A DNA stretch of 64,000 nt from an uncultured Alphaproteobacteria bacterium (GCA_902600895.1 CACKLF010000002.1:11030-75029); one strand, 5' to 3'; counted from the first letter of the stretch, positions 1 to 10,400 are shown. Made by a program: numbers and translations. Notes: a model not told the origin generated them from the letters alone.

Positions 1-716
1 CTTGGAGTTACGTTAACATTGGGAAAGAGGCCCCGTTTCTCTTGTCGGGCATCTTTATTATTTTGCTGGGGGCAGTTTTTTGGTTCCTTAGGATAAAAGA
101 GGCAAAACAAATCGAAAAACCCAACACTATAAACCTTTCTATCAGGAGAAATTTACTAAAGTATTTCAGAAACCCACATATGCGTATCGCATATCTTATT
201 GCTGTCACAAGATCTTCAGCATGGGTTGTGTTTTTTATTTATGGGCCAGTGTACTTAATGAATTTGGGAGTAGAGCCCCAGTACATTGGGTTCATAATGG
301 GAGCAATCATCAGTATTTTGTTTTTATCAAGTTATTTCGCTCAATTAGCAAAATATCTAGGTATTAGACAAACTATCTTTTATAGCTTTCTCTTATCTGG
401 AACTTGTTTTTTTCTAGTAGGTTCAGTAAGCCCAAACATTTTCTTCGGTATACTTCTTTTGGTTTTTGCAACTCTTGGAATAGATATGCTAGATATCATT
501 GGAAATATTCCATTTATGCGAATGGTAACTCCAAAAATTAGGACTGAAATGACAACGGTATTTTCTACTTGGAGGGAGTTTTCTTTAGTTCTCGCACCGG
601 GCGTATCTGCGATTATTCTTACTATTTTTTCCGTTTCAGGTGTTTTTTCTGCATTGGGTTTTGTATTAATAGGATCGGCGTATTTAACCAAAGGAATGCC
701 TTTAAGAGTAGATTGA
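1..716 (+). CDS. MFS-type permease, C-terminal part (5' end outside window)
   Basis: The frame of the 42..716 ORF stays open to the left window edge (..WSYVNIGKEAPFLLSGIF..), so the start lies upstream. The product is a run of about 6 hydrophobic helices separated by short basic loops, like the second half of a major-facilitator permease. TGA stop at 714..716. Confidence 0.55.
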   Translation, partial: WSYVNIGKEAPFLLSGIFIILLGAVFWFLRIKEAKQIEKPNTINLSIRRNLLKYFRNPHMRIAYLIAVTRSSAWVVFFIYGPVYLMNLGVEPQYIGFIMGAIISILFLSSYFAQLAKYLGIRQTIFYSFLLSGTCFFLVGSVSPNIFFGILLLVFATLGIDMLDIIGNIPFMRMVTPKIRTEMTTVFSTWREFSLVLAPGVSAIILTIFSVSGVFSALGFVLIGSAYLTKGMPLRVD

Positions 717-816
717 TTCTAAGGTACTTCTTGCTTAAAGCATGTTAGTTAAACAGAAGTATGTCATGTGGAAATATTTCTGAGATCTTCATAAGGCGTA
801 CTTTCAATAATTTTTT

Positions 817-2529
817 TCATGTTTCTAAAAAAACCAAATCTGTTACAGACTTGACCGGTACTATCTCGAAATCATCAGCTTTACCTCGCAACTTGACTGA
901 CTCACTAGGTAAATTATCCGAATTAAGTCCTGATTTATCTACAACGTATTTCGAAAGAACCAATTCACATTCAAAATCCTTAGTAAGAGTTTCTAAACGA
1001 CTTGCTATATTAACATTATCACCCACTGCAGTCTCAGAGATTGTAGAACCATATCCCATAAGCCCAACAATTGTATTACCCGCATGAACGCCCATGCCAA
1101 GTTTTAGTTCTTCTGAAAAATCAGCTTTCATTTGGCGATTAAAGTCATGCATCTCTGATGAAATCTCTTTTGCTGCATTGATAGCATTTCGACTGTTTTC
1201 CTCTATGAATTTTTGTTTATCAAAGATAGCCATAATGCCATCTCCTATAAATTTATCGAGTCTTCCTGAATGCCGCTCTATGGCTTCTCCACAGATTTCA
1301 TAATATTTATTAAGAATATAAACCACATCAAATGGTAGTTTTCTTTCAGAAAGATCTGTAAAGTTTCTCAAATCCACAAACAAAATAGCTATTTCACTTT
1401 CTTTACCCATTAAGATCTCGTGTTTTCCTGAACTTTGGAACTTACTACTTGGATTGAGTATGGGAAGAATAGTAATAGCATTGATTGGCCGAAGTTGGCA
1501 GGCTAAACGAATATCCTTATCCCAACCATTTTTTAATATAGCTCTGGTTTCAAATTCGTTAGGGTCGGGAACGCTGGTGGCACTTGATAGGATACGGATC
1601 CTACAAGTAGTGCATCGACCTTTACCACCACAAATTGACTGGTGAGGTATACCTGCTATTCGACTAGCTTCTAAAACTGTAGTTCCCTTAGAGACCAATA
1701 CCGTTTGATTGTTTGAATATTTAATAACAATGCTGCCAAAAAATCTGGCGCGGATCATATTTATTAATATTACTAATAATAAAGTTGCAATTACTATTGG
1801 ATAATATTTTAAAACAAGCGGTTCAATTTGAAATACAACAGGAAATGCTTGTTGAGGGATATTTTTTTCAAAAACTGAAAAAATGTAATTATCTAATCCT
1901 TGCAGGGACTTTATATAATTTAAAACGCTCAAGCCTCTAAGTCCCGCGATAAATCCCAGGATAGAAAAAATAGGAATTATCCAATAAAAGAAATTTATTA
2001 AATGGAAATTTCGCACATAAAATTCACTTTTGAATTTAAGGAGTCCATGTATCCCTATGACACCGTGCAACCATATGAAAAGAGTCATTAAAGTCCAAAA
2101 TATAGAGTCTAATACAATCTGATCGGGACTAGATAGTATGGCTGCAAATACCAATTCGTATGTTTCATTGCCTCCAAATACTTTCGTTATTATGAAGCCA
2201 GCTGCTACATGCTGAATTAATAGTAGTAATGCCAAAAATGGCATCACGAGCTGTGCCCATTCCAATAGTGTCATGTTGAAAGATTTTTTTCGTACAATGG
2301 CGTATATTCCTAGGAGTATATGTATAATAAATGAGCTATATAATAACACTAATGCTATAAAGCTTTGCCAAATAGGGCTAAAATATTTTTCTCTGACTAA
2401 ATCTGCGACTTCATAAGAAATTAGATTCACTGAGTGATTCAAGAGATGCATAAGTGAATATATAAATAATAAAAGTCCTGAAATTATCCTTAAATTTCTA
2501 ATTATGAGATTTAAATCTACCCTTGCCAT
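817..2529 (-). CDS. Membrane-anchored class III adenylate/guanylate cyclase with an embedded 2Fe-2S ferredoxin domain
   Basis: 570 aa. The N-terminal ~270 aa are polytopic with several intramembrane His. The middle carries a plant-type ferredoxin motif (CGGKGRCTTCRIRI ... LACQLRP). The C-terminus is a class III cyclase core (ILFVDLRNFTDLSE, FIGDGIMAIF, GVHAGNTIVG, GDNVNIASRLE). Confidence 0.8.
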   Translation of the reverse strand: MARVDLNLIIRNLRIISGLLLFIYSLMHLLNHSVNLISYEVADLVREKYFSPIWQSFIALVLLYSSFIIHILLGIYAIVRKKSFNMTLLEWAQLVMPFLALLLLIQHVAAGFIITKVFGGNETYELVFAAILSSPDQIVLDSIFWTLMTLFIWLHGVIGIHGLLKFKSEFYVRNFHLINFFYWIIPIFSILGFIAGLRGLSVLNYIKSLQGLDNYIFSVFEKNIPQQAFPVVFQIEPLVLKYYPIVIATLLLVILINMIRARFFGSIVIKYSNNQTVLVSKGTTVLEASRIAGIPHQSICGGKGRCTTCRIRILSSATSVPDPNEFETRAILKNGWDKDIRLACQLRPINAITILPILNPSSKFQSSGKHEILMGKESEIAILFVDLRNFTDLSERKLPFDVVYILNKYYEICGEAIERHSGRLDKFIGDGIMAIFDKQKFIEENSRNAINAAKEISSEMHDFNRQMKADFSEELKLGMGVHAGNTIVGLMGYGSTISETAVGDNVNIASRLETLTKDFECELVLSKYVVDKSGLNSDNLPSESVKLRGKADDFEIVPVKSVTDLVFLET

Positions 2530-2619
2530 ATCGCATTACTTTCTAAAATTTTTTCATCGAGCTTAAAAAACTTATCACGTAAATATAAAATTTGGACATT
2601 TACTATCATTGAACATAAA

Positions 2620-3633
2620 TTATATATGTAGCTTGCCTTTGCGGTTCCTAGTTTGCACTGTGGATTCATTGCTTCCATCATGAAATGTTCCAAACCATCT
2701 ATCCCAAGGCATTTCTTGGTTACCATAATTACATTCGTAGTAGCGGTGGTGGAGTTGATGGTAAAATGTTCCCAAAGCTAAACGACGCTTATCCTTTATT
2801 AAAAGATTCTCGTAGCCAGTATGTGTCATAGCAGCCCCTGGTCCTAACCATAAAACATGGAAAATAACCAGAATTGGGTCTGATGGTACGAACCAATGAA
2901 TACAAAGAGAAGATATGTATAAAAAATGTTCAACTGGATGCATTGAAAAACCTGACCATGGACCAACGCTTACGTTCCGATGATGGAGATAGTGAAACTT
3001 CTTATAAAGCACTGGCAGATGTAATAAGCGATGAATCCAGTAAAAATGGAATGCCGAGTATATTGGAAGTATCATCAGCGATAATACAAACCAAATTGGA
3101 TTGCTAGAAGCTGTTATTGTCGGACTGATTTCATTGGCCATTAGCCACATTGTTATTACCATAAAAGCTGTAAGCTGACTTACACCAGATCCAAGAGACC
3201 AGAATATATTATCATGAACCTGATTAGAAAAATCCCATAGCTTATTATTTTTGCCCATGCCGCGTGGATCAAACTTAAGCCTAAGCTTTTGACCGTTGTA
3301 AATGTAAAAATACCAATGAAGAGAACCTGCTACCGTCAAGACTGTTAAGAAGTTTACAGAATAGGTCTGTGCAATCCATCCAAATGAGAATGTCTGAGCA
3401 CTGTTAAAATTTGGATAACAAAATTTCCACAATAAAATTGAGATTATGACTAGTAGAACCCGTTCGCTCAGTGAAAGCCAATTAGTAACAACCCAGTTAA
3501 GTAAAAAGTTTGGGTTTGGTGGCCACACAAAGATAGACGGGTTAGCTAGGGGTAGATCTGGGTGATAATTCCAACCATTTGCTTTCAGATTTTTTTTCGG
3601 AAGTACCGCTTCAGTTGTTCTGTTTTTACCCAT
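2620..3633 (-). CDS. Fatty-acid hydroxylase / sterol desaturase superfamily membrane di-iron enzyme
   Basis: Histidine boxes HRLLH, HYLHHR and HQLHHRYY follow hydrophobic helices. The track start (3651) is TTG; the first ATG (MGKNR..) at 3633 is used here. The start is uncertain by 18 nt. Confidence 0.7.
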   Translation of the reverse strand: MGKNRTTEAVLPKKNLKANGWNYHPDLPLANPSIFVWPPNPNFLLNWVVTNWLSLSERVLLVIISILLWKFCYPNFNSAQTFSFGWIAQTYSVNFLTVLTVAGSLHWYFYIYNGQKLRLKFDPRGMGKNNKLWDFSNQVHDNIFWSLGSGVSQLTAFMVITMWLMANEISPTITASSNPIWFVLSLMILPIYSAFHFYWIHRLLHLPVLYKKFHYLHHRNVSVGPWSGFSMHPVEHFLYISSLCIHWFVPSDPILVIFHVLWLGPGAAMTHTGYENLLIKDKRRLALGTFYHQLHHRYYECNYGNQEMPWDRWFGTFHDGSNESTVQTRNRKGKLHI

Positions 3634-3854
3634 TAGCCAAAACTCCAGCAACAGTTAGACTCAACACACAAGTGTGACGTATCGAAACATTTGACTACTT
3701 TTCCATGTAATCAGTCAATGCATAATTTGCTTTTTTAAACAATTTAAAGCAGACTTTTCATATCAAAAAGTCATACATTAAAAATATAGGGTTTTGTCTC
3801 AGTTTATTAAGGACTTAGTTTCATACTTGAGTAAAATCTTTGAGATTGCTAAAA

Positions 3855-4766
3855 CTAGCTAACTGGTTTAATAAATGTGCCATTGCGGAGATCACTAAAG
3901 GCCTTTTCTAATTCCGCCCTAGTATTCATTACTATGGGTCCATGCCACGCCACAGGTTCTTGAATAGGGGTACCCGATATTAGTAAAAATCGTACCCCAT
4001 CTTGCCCTGAAAATACAGAAATATGGTCACCTGTATCAAAACGAATTAAAGTTCGATTTCCTGATAGGTCCCTTATGTTTAATTCCTCACCATTAAGCTC
4101 TTTTTCAACCCTCACTCCAACAGGTTCAGAGGAATATTCAAAATCACCACTGCCTTGAAAAACGTAAGCAAAACAATTTTTGTAAGCATCAATTTTTATC
4201 TCTTTTCTTGTCATTGGAGGAATATAAACATCAAAATACTGAGGATCAGCAGATATCCCATCTACAGGTCCTTCTATGCCTTTATAATTTCCAACAACAA
4301 CTTTTATTCTCGAACCGTCATCATCCTCCAGTAACGGAATATCTGATCCAGACACATCTTGGTAACGGGGCTTCACCATCTTTTTAGAGGATGGTAAGTT
4401 GGCCCAAAGCTGAAACCCGTGCATTTTGCCGGCAATATTTCCCTTTGGCATTTCTTGATGCATTATTCCTGAGCCTGCAGTCATCCACTGCACATCACCA
4501 CCACTTAAAAGACCTGTATTACCCAAGCTATCTTTGTGCTCCACGCTCCCCTCAAGAACGTAAGTAATAGTTTCTATTCCCCTGTGAGGATGCCATGGGA
4601 AACCAGCTTTATATTTTTCAGGGTCATCATTTCTGAAATCATCGAGCATAAGGAATGGATCACATTCTTCTGGGTCTCGGAAACCAAAGGCTCTAAAAAG
4701 GCTTACACCTGCGCCTTCAATAAAGCGTTCAGCAAATTTCTTCTCTTTGATTGGCCGAAATGACAT
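3855..4766 (-). CDS. Pirin family bicupin protein
   Basis: 303 aa with the pirin metal-site signature FPWHPHRGIETITYVLEGSVEHKDS. The C-terminal second cupin half is present. Confidence 0.85.
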   Translation of the reverse strand: MSFRPIKEKKFAERFIEGAGVSLFRAFGFRDPEECDPFLMLDDFRNDDPEKYKAGFPWHPHRGIETITYVLEGSVEHKDSLGNTGLLSGGDVQWMTAGSGIMHQEMPKGNIAGKMHGFQLWANLPSSKKMVKPRYQDVSGSDIPLLEDDDGSRIKVVVGNYKGIEGPVDGISADPQYFDVYIPPMTRKEIKIDAYKNCFAYVFQGSGDFEYSSEPVGVRVEKELNGEELNIRDLSGNRTLIRFDTGDHISVFSGQDGVRFLLISGTPIQEPVAWHGPIVMNTRAELEKAFSDLRNGTFIKPVS

Positions 4767-4830
4767 ATTTTAGTTCCTTTTTGTCTTTGATAAATCTCTC
4801 AAATTACAGTCCGGTTGTTTTGTATAACTG

Positions 4831-5664
4831 GTGGAAAATTTACGTTGTGACCCAGGTCATATAATATTATTTCTAAAATGTTCAATTCTTTGTTCTTTTG
4901 AAGAGTTTTTTCTATGTCAATTTTTTGATTTTTGTATTTATTTAATTGCATCTGGGGCGCTAATTGCTGGGTTTGTAAATGCAGCCTTTGCAACTGGTGG
5001 GATATATATCCAACTAGCTGTTTCCCTTTTAGTTTTATCACCAAAATCTGAAGTTGCTTTGCAAGCTCCATTATCCTTTACATCCCTTTTGACCCGCATT
5101 TATCTTTTCTGGTATGATTTGCAATGGCCATATATTTATTATTTTATTGTAGGCTGCTTTTTTGGGGTAGCTCTGGGCGCTGTAGTATTCTCCCAGTTTT
5201 CAGAAAGAGGCTTGATGTTGATGCTAGGCTTTTTGATTCTGTTTTTGATTAGGTTTCCGATTTCCCAAGGAAAAGCTCCAAAAGCTAAACAATTTTCTGT
5301 AATTGGCTTTTTTCATAGTATGGTTGGCACTATGTTTGGTATAGGTGAAATATTACAATCAATATTACTTCGAACTCCCCTCCTTAAAGGACAGATCACT
5401 GGCACATTGGCAGCATGTCTATTTTCACTGGATTTTCTGAATATAATATCATATGACCAAGTTGGATTTGATTACAGGAGTTATTTGCCTCATATTCTCC
5501 TTGCTTCTTTGGCAGGCTTAATTGGTGGGTTATTAGGAAAGAAGTTTGCTGATAGGGTGTCAGAAAAACAATTTAGGATAGCCTTTAAATTACTACTTAC
5601 TTTAATGGGTTTACAATTAATTATTTCTGGGATTGGCCAAATCGAATTTTTATTGAAAAGATGA
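4831..5664 (+). CDS. TauE/SafE (DUF81) family anion exporter-like membrane protein
   Basis: Polytopic membrane protein with Gly-rich helices (ALIAGFVNAAFATGG, LAGLIGGLLGKKF) typical of the family. The track start is GTG and the first ~30 codons are not convincing, so the true start is uncertain. Confidence 0.55.
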   Translation: MENLRCDPGHIILFLKCSILCSFEEFFLCQFFDFCIYLIASGALIAGFVNAAFATGGIYIQLAVSLLVLSPKSEVALQAPLSFTSLLTRIYLFWYDLQWPYIYYFIVGCFFGVALGAVVFSQFSERGLMLMLGFLILFLIRFPISQGKAPKAKQFSVIGFFHSMVGTMFGIGEILQSILLRTPLLKGQITGTLAACLFSLDFLNIISYDQVGFDYRSYLPHILLASLAGLIGGLLGKKFADRVSEKQFRIAFKLLLTLMGLQLIISGIGQIEFLLKR

Positions 5665-5679
5665 ACATGTTGGCCTCAT

Positions 5680-6987
5680 CTATCCGAGAACAGAAAAACT
5701 ACTTTCTTTATTTATTTGACGTTTTCTAGAATAAAAACCCACATTGGTATTTCTATCGATGTAAGGCAGGTGAAAATTTAGTGGTGAAATATCATGATCA
5801 TTTCCTGACTCACAGTATTCTACTAATGCTGCCATCATTTTTCCTGCGATTGGTGCATTTTTATATTGATTACCACTGGAACCGCAAGCCATATAGAAAC
5901 CTGGCAAACTGGATTTATCATAGATTGGAATCCAATCTTCTGTTACATCATAACAATCTACTACTCCTCTTGTTCGATTTGGAATTTTTAGAGTAGGTAC
6001 TCGCTGAGCATAACGCATCGCTTGTAAACTCCACTGTTCAGTAAAGTTTCGATCATAATCATAATCATCGTCAATCCACACATGCTGATCACAGGGTGGA
6101 TCCTCAGATCCAATTAATATATGATTACCGTGTTCAGGTCTTGCATAGCATGCTATGTCACTGTCAGAAATAATCATGCCATCGTTTTCAAAGTCAAAGT
6201 TTTGTGGTGATGGTACGTGAACCACTTCTTGTCTGAGTGCGCGTGTAGTGATAGTCATGTCATGAGTAACACCTGCCAATTTATTGATTGTGGATGATGC
6301 TGGTCCAGCAACATTAATAACGATCGGAGCGTGAATTTTTTCTCCATTTGCTAGCCGAACACCAAAGGTCCGACCATTTTTTGTTAAAATTTCTGTCACA
6401 AAAGTTCTAAATAGGAATCTGCTTCCATAAGCCTCTGCCGCACGTTGGAGATTATGAGAAGATAGTGCTGGATCTGTAACATATCCTGATGTTGGAAAAA
6501 ATATTCCTCCTTGAATACTACTTCCGGTAGGCTCACCAAACTTAGGATCATCAGCAACCTTAGCTGGATGGAAACCTTGAAGATCATAAATAGGTAGACG
6601 CTCTGTAATTTTTGCAGGCGACCAGTTTTCAAAGGGGATACCTAGTGTCTCACAGTGGGAAGTATGCTTTTTCATAAAACCATTGCTATCTGTTTTCATG
6701 ACCAGGCAGCCTGTCTCACGAAAATTAGCTAACCCTCTTTCATCTTTTATTTCAAGGTAATCTGACCAATCACGCCAATAAAAATATCCTTCATAGGCAA
6801 ACGCAGTACCTTCAAGGGTAGAATAATGTACCCTAATTATCGCGCATGAGCCAGATGTAGACCCATGTCCAGCCTCGGCATTTCGATCTACTGAAAGAGT
6901 TTTATATCCTAGTTTGCTAAGCTCGAAGGCCGTTGCAGCTCCTATTACTCCAGCCCCTATAATAACTACGTCAGCAGTCTTTGTCAT
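5680..6987 (-). CDS. FAD-dependent oxidoreductase (DAO family, sarcosine/opine-oxidase beta-like)
   Basis: The Rossmann FAD fingerprint DVVIIGAGVIGAATAFEL follows directly after the internal Met (MTKTAD..). The start is therefore moved from 7035 to 6987. The overall length fits DAO-family dehydrogenases. Substrate unknown. Confidence 0.75.
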   Translation of the reverse strand: MTKTADVVIIGAGVIGAATAFELSKLGYKTLSVDRNAEAGHGSTSGSCAIIRVHYSTLEGTAFAYEGYFYWRDWSDYLEIKDERGLANFRETGCLVMKTDSNGFMKKHTSHCETLGIPFENWSPAKITERLPIYDLQGFHPAKVADDPKFGEPTGSSIQGGIFFPTSGYVTDPALSSHNLQRAAEAYGSRFLFRTFVTEILTKNGRTFGVRLANGEKIHAPIVINVAGPASSTINKLAGVTHDMTITTRALRQEVVHVPSPQNFDFENDGMIISDSDIACYARPEHGNHILIGSEDPPCDQHVWIDDDYDYDRNFTEQWSLQAMRYAQRVPTLKIPNRTRGVVDCYDVTEDWIPIYDKSSLPGFYMACGSSGNQYKNAPIAGKMMAALVEYCESGNDHDISPLNFHLPYIDRNTNVGFYSRKRQINKESSFSVLG

Positions 6988-7095
6988 GCTATACTTCCAA
7001 TTTTTCTTTTTCCAGTGATTGTAAAATAGAATCATCTACGATCCTATATGATATAACCAATTAATGCCTAAATAAAAAAAACTTAAGGGGATAAT

Positions 7096-7671
7096 TTATC
7101 CTTCTGTTATTCGAATAAACTCATTTACTATCTTTTTTCCTTCTTGTGAAGCGATTGACTCGGGATGAAACTGCACTCCATAAATTTTATGAATTTTGTG
7201 TTGAACTCCCATTACAACCCCGGATTCGGTTGTAGCAGTAACATCCAAGCACTCTGGGATCGAATATTCTTCTAATACTAACGAATGGTAACGAGTAACT
7301 TTAAACGACTTGGAGCAGTTTTTTAAAACTCCTTTTCCTGTGTGGGTAATTAAACTTAATTTTCCATGTACTATCTCGTGGTTTCTTATTATGGTAGCAC
7401 CGAAAGCATAACCAATAATCTGATGCCCTAAACAAACGCCAAGTACAGGGATATCCTCTTCAGAACACAATTTTACTAGGTCCGTGCAAATTCCAGCAGA
7501 TTTTGGGTGTCCTGGACCTGGAGAAATTATAACCGCTTTTGGCTTTTCTTTAATTATTTCCTTTGCCGATCGAACATCATTTCTCTCTACCATTGGTATC
7601 TTTCCACACTCACCAAACAGATGGTAAAGGTTGTGAGTAAAGCTGTCATAATTATCGATTAATAGATACAT
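7096..7671 (-). CDS. trpG: Anthranilate synthase component II (glutamine amidotransferase, TrpG/PabA type)
   Basis: 191 aa class I GATase: MYLLIDNYDSFTHNL, catalytic GVCLGHQ, and C-terminal GVQFHPES. It sits 10 nt downstream of trpE on the same strand. Confidence 0.9.
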   Translation of the reverse strand: MYLLIDNYDSFTHNLYHLFGECGKIPMVERNDVRSAKEIIKEKPKAVIISPGPGHPKSAGICTDLVKLCSEEDIPVLGVCLGHQIIGYAFGATIIRNHEIVHGKLSLITHTGKGVLKNCSKSFKVTRYHSLVLEEYSIPECLDVTATTESGVVMGVQHKIHKIYGVQFHPESIASQEGKKIVNEFIRITEG

Positions 7672-7681
7672 GATGGATGAT

Positions 7682-9178
7682 TCATTGATTATGATTATAT
7701 TTATAAGCCTCTTGGGCTGCCACCACTAGCGCCTTAGACTTATTAACTGTTTCTTCATACTCTTTTTCTGGGTCACTATCATAGACCACTCCACCACCTG
7801 CTTGAATGAATAGTTTTTTATCTTTAATCACGCCTGTTCTCAATGCTATGCAAATATCCATACTTCCGTCAGATGAAAAGAAACCAACGCCACCTCCATA
7901 GACGCCTCTTTTCTCTTTTTCTAATTCATCAATAAGTTCCATTGCGCGTATCTTCGGCGCTCCTGACACGGTACCAGCTGGAAGGCCTGCAAATAATGCA
8001 GAGATGCAGTCTTCACCTTCTTTAAGTTTGCCAACTACATTTGAAACAATGTGCATAACATGACTATATTTTTCAATTATAAAAGTTTCCGTCGGCCTCA
8101 CAGAACCCAATTTTGAAACTTTGCCAACATCATTTCGTCCTAGATCAAGTAGCATTAGATGTTCCGCATTTTCCTTTTCATCATTTAATAAATCAGTAGC
8201 AAGCGCTTTGTCCTCCTCTAAGGTTTTCCCTCTTGGCCGAGTTCCGGCAATTGGACGAATTGTTACTTCATTGTCTACTACTTTCACTAATATTTCAGGA
8301 GATGCACCCACTATTGAGAAATCTTTAAATTTGAAAAAAAACATGTATGGAGAAGGGTTTGTTCTGCGAAGAGCCCTGTATAATGACATATGAGGGAGAA
8401 AAAAGTCTTGTTTCCATCGTTGGGATAAAACGATTTGAAAAATTTCGCCAGCCATGATCGATTCTTTAGCAGTTTCAACAAGAGTAAGATATTCGTCTTT
8501 TGTCGTGTTGCTTTCAAGTTTTCCTGGTGCTTCATTCGTTTTCGTTGCTCTTTTTGCAATGGACAGAGGTTTGGAAAGTGCATCAGTCACTTCATTGAGC
8601 AAAGTTTTTGCATCTCTGAAGGCTTTTTCATGGTGACTAAACTTATTGTACCATACAGGACAAACAACGGTTACCTCATCTTTCACACCGTCTACGATTG
8701 TTATAACTGACGGTCGAATAAAAATACTGTCAGGTACGTTTAATCTATCAACATTGGATTGAGGTATTTTTTCTGCCAGTCTAATCATTTCATATCCCAA
8801 ATATCCGAATAATCCAGATGACATCGGAGGCAAAGATTCAGGGAAATTCATAGAGCTCTCGTCTAAAATATTTCGAAGTGAGTCAATCACGTCTCTCTCG
8901 TCTTCTATGAAATCTGAGTGGTCTCTTGATATAAAGGCTTTATCACCCACACATTTCCAAATTAAATCAGGTTTAGTTCCAATAATTGAGTAACGCCCCT
9001 TTATTTCCCCTCCTGTAACACTCTCTAGTAAAAAAGAGTCATCCTTACTTTCAAAATATTTAAGAAAGAGTGAAACGGGAGTATCGGTATCCGCTGAAAA
9101 TGTTTCAAAAATTAGTGCATTTTCTTTTTTTCTGAATGCATTTTTAATTTGATCGGAGTGAATGTTCTTGTTTTCCAT
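7682..9178 (-). CDS. trpE: Anthranilate synthase component I
   Basis: 498 aa. N-terminal FLLESV..GRYSIIG feedback-site motif and chorismate-binding core (IAGTRPRG, LPAGTVSGAPKIRAMELIDELE, RGVYGGGVGFF). Confidence 0.9.
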   Translation of the reverse strand: MENKNIHSDQIKNAFRKKENALIFETFSADTDTPVSLFLKYFESKDDSFLLESVTGGEIKGRYSIIGTKPDLIWKCVGDKAFISRDHSDFIEDERDVIDSLRNILDESSMNFPESLPPMSSGLFGYLGYEMIRLAEKIPQSNVDRLNVPDSIFIRPSVITIVDGVKDEVTVVCPVWYNKFSHHEKAFRDAKTLLNEVTDALSKPLSIAKRATKTNEAPGKLESNTTKDEYLTLVETAKESIMAGEIFQIVLSQRWKQDFFLPHMSLYRALRRTNPSPYMFFFKFKDFSIVGASPEILVKVVDNEVTIRPIAGTRPRGKTLEEDKALATDLLNDEKENAEHLMLLDLGRNDVGKVSKLGSVRPTETFIIEKYSHVMHIVSNVVGKLKEGEDCISALFAGLPAGTVSGAPKIRAMELIDELEKEKRGVYGGGVGFFSSDGSMDICIALRTGVIKDKKLFIQAGGGVVYDSDPEKEYEETVNKSKALVVAAQEAYKYNHNQ

Positions 9179-9404
9179 CGTCTTAGTATAATTTTTTCAC
9201 AGAAGATTTTGTGTAAAGTATAATTCTTAGTTTTTCAAATATAAAACGCTTTCATTACTATAGCTTCTTGAGTAAGAGGAGCCCTTAAGTCAAGGCAGGA
9301 AAGGTACCAAAATTGAACTGATTAGTCATTATTTCAAAAAAAGATATAAGTGCAACTAATCAAATTTACTTTTTTCAAAATTTTTCCCAAAGATTTTTTT
9401 TTTG

Positions 9405-10400
9405 ATGTATTTTAGTTTTAATTTAAAAAGTGCATTTCAAATGAATCTTGAGGGCCAAAACGTTAGTTTGCAGAATAGTGTTAAATTCAGCCTCGAGGAC
9501 GCTCCTGTCCGCCACTACCAGCATCTAGATTGGGACTCGAGGCGTTGGGGTGGATTTGAGTCTCGACCTGGTGATGTTTATGTTTGTACCTGTTATAAGG
9601 CGGGTACCACCTGGACACAAATGATAGTAGCATTACTGGTTTTTCAGAGTACTGAATTTCCCTCCCCTTTAAATCAACTATCACCATGGGTTGACCTGGT
9701 AACTGACAGTACCAAAGAGATGCATGAAAGACTCTCTGCACAGTGTCATCGCAGAATTTTAAAAACTCATACGCCGCTAGACGGACTACATTGGCATGCT
9801 GATGCAAGATATATTTTTGTTGGTCGTGATCCCCGTGATGTTTTCATTTCTATGATGAATCATCAAGATAATACGGATTTAAAAATGGAGAAGGAATTGT
9901 CATTAGCGATGGGCAATGACGTTACATTTACAGACTTGCTGGCTAGCACAGAGGAAAAGAGATTAGAGGATTGGTTGACAAAAGGTTTTTTTGAATGGGA
10001 AAATGATGGGTACCCATATTGGTCATTTTTTTATCATGGAGAAACCTTTTGGCAGCATAGACATAGGGAAAATATACTGATGCTACATTATGATGAAATG
10101 AAAAATGATTTATCTAGAGAAATGAGAAAAATTGCAAAGCATCTAGATATAGAGATTAATGAGAAGAATTTTCCGAAACTAGTTGAGGCTGCCAGTTTTA
10201 ATGAAATGAAAAGAAAAGCCGATGACCTTGCTCCTGTTGCTGATGCAAAATTGTGGAAGAGCAATAAACAATTTTTTGCTAATGGATGTAGTGGTCAATG
10301 GCAAAAACGTTGGAGTAAGGACAATCTTGCCCGGTTTAATGATCTGTGTGGTCATTATTCTAGTGAATACATAACTTGGCTTTTAGAGGAAAAGAATTGA
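9405..10400 (+). CDS. PAPS-dependent sulfotransferase (cytosolic sulfotransferase fold)
   Basis: 5'-phosphosulfate loop YKAGTTWTQ (canonical PKSGTTW) and 3'-phosphate motif GRDPRDVFISMMNH (canonical RNPKDxxVS). The start is ATG 9405, or possibly ATG 9441. The stop TGA overlaps the next gene's ATG (TGATG). Confidence 0.75.
   Translation: MYFSFNLKSAFQMNLEGQNVSLQNSVKFSLEDAPVRHYQHLDWDSRRWGGFESRPGDVYVCTCYKAGTTWTQMIVALLVFQSTEFPSPLNQLSPWVDLVTDSTKEMHERLSAQCHRRILKTHTPLDGLHWHADARYIFVGRDPRDVFISMMNHQDNTDLKMEKELSLAMGNDVTFTDLLASTEEKRLEDWLTKGFFEWENDGYPYWSFFYHGETFWQHRHRENILMLHYDEMKNDLSREMRKIAKHLDIEINEKNFPKLVEAASFNEMKRKADDLAPVADAKLWKSNKQFFANGCSGQWQKRWSKDNLARFNDLCGHYSSEYITWLLEEKN

Noticed and set aside
761-1645. 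Plus-strand ORFs 761..1087, 1094..1303 and 1454..1645 from the track.
   Set aside because: They lie entirely antisense within the well-supported cyclase gene (817..2529) and have low-complexity, Ser/Leu-rich, motif-free translations. The same reasoning removes the many other 60-130-aa antisense ORFs nested in larger genes throughout the window, for example 380..691, 8121..8710, 17121..18253, 29472..29840, 41924..42322, 45800..46093 and 52551..53186.
2517-2726. A 69-aa minus-strand ORF bridging the hydroxylase and cyclase genes.
   Set aside because: It overlaps the 3' end of the hydroxylase gene in another frame and the first codons of the cyclase gene. It has no motif and is most likely a chance ORF in AT-rich sequence.
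9179-9404. Possible trp attenuator or leader peptide upstream of trpE.
   Set aside because: I looked on the minus strand for a short ORF with tandem Trp codons (CCACCA on the plus strand) followed by alternative hairpins and found none. Only one imperfect hairpin near 9269..9296 is present.
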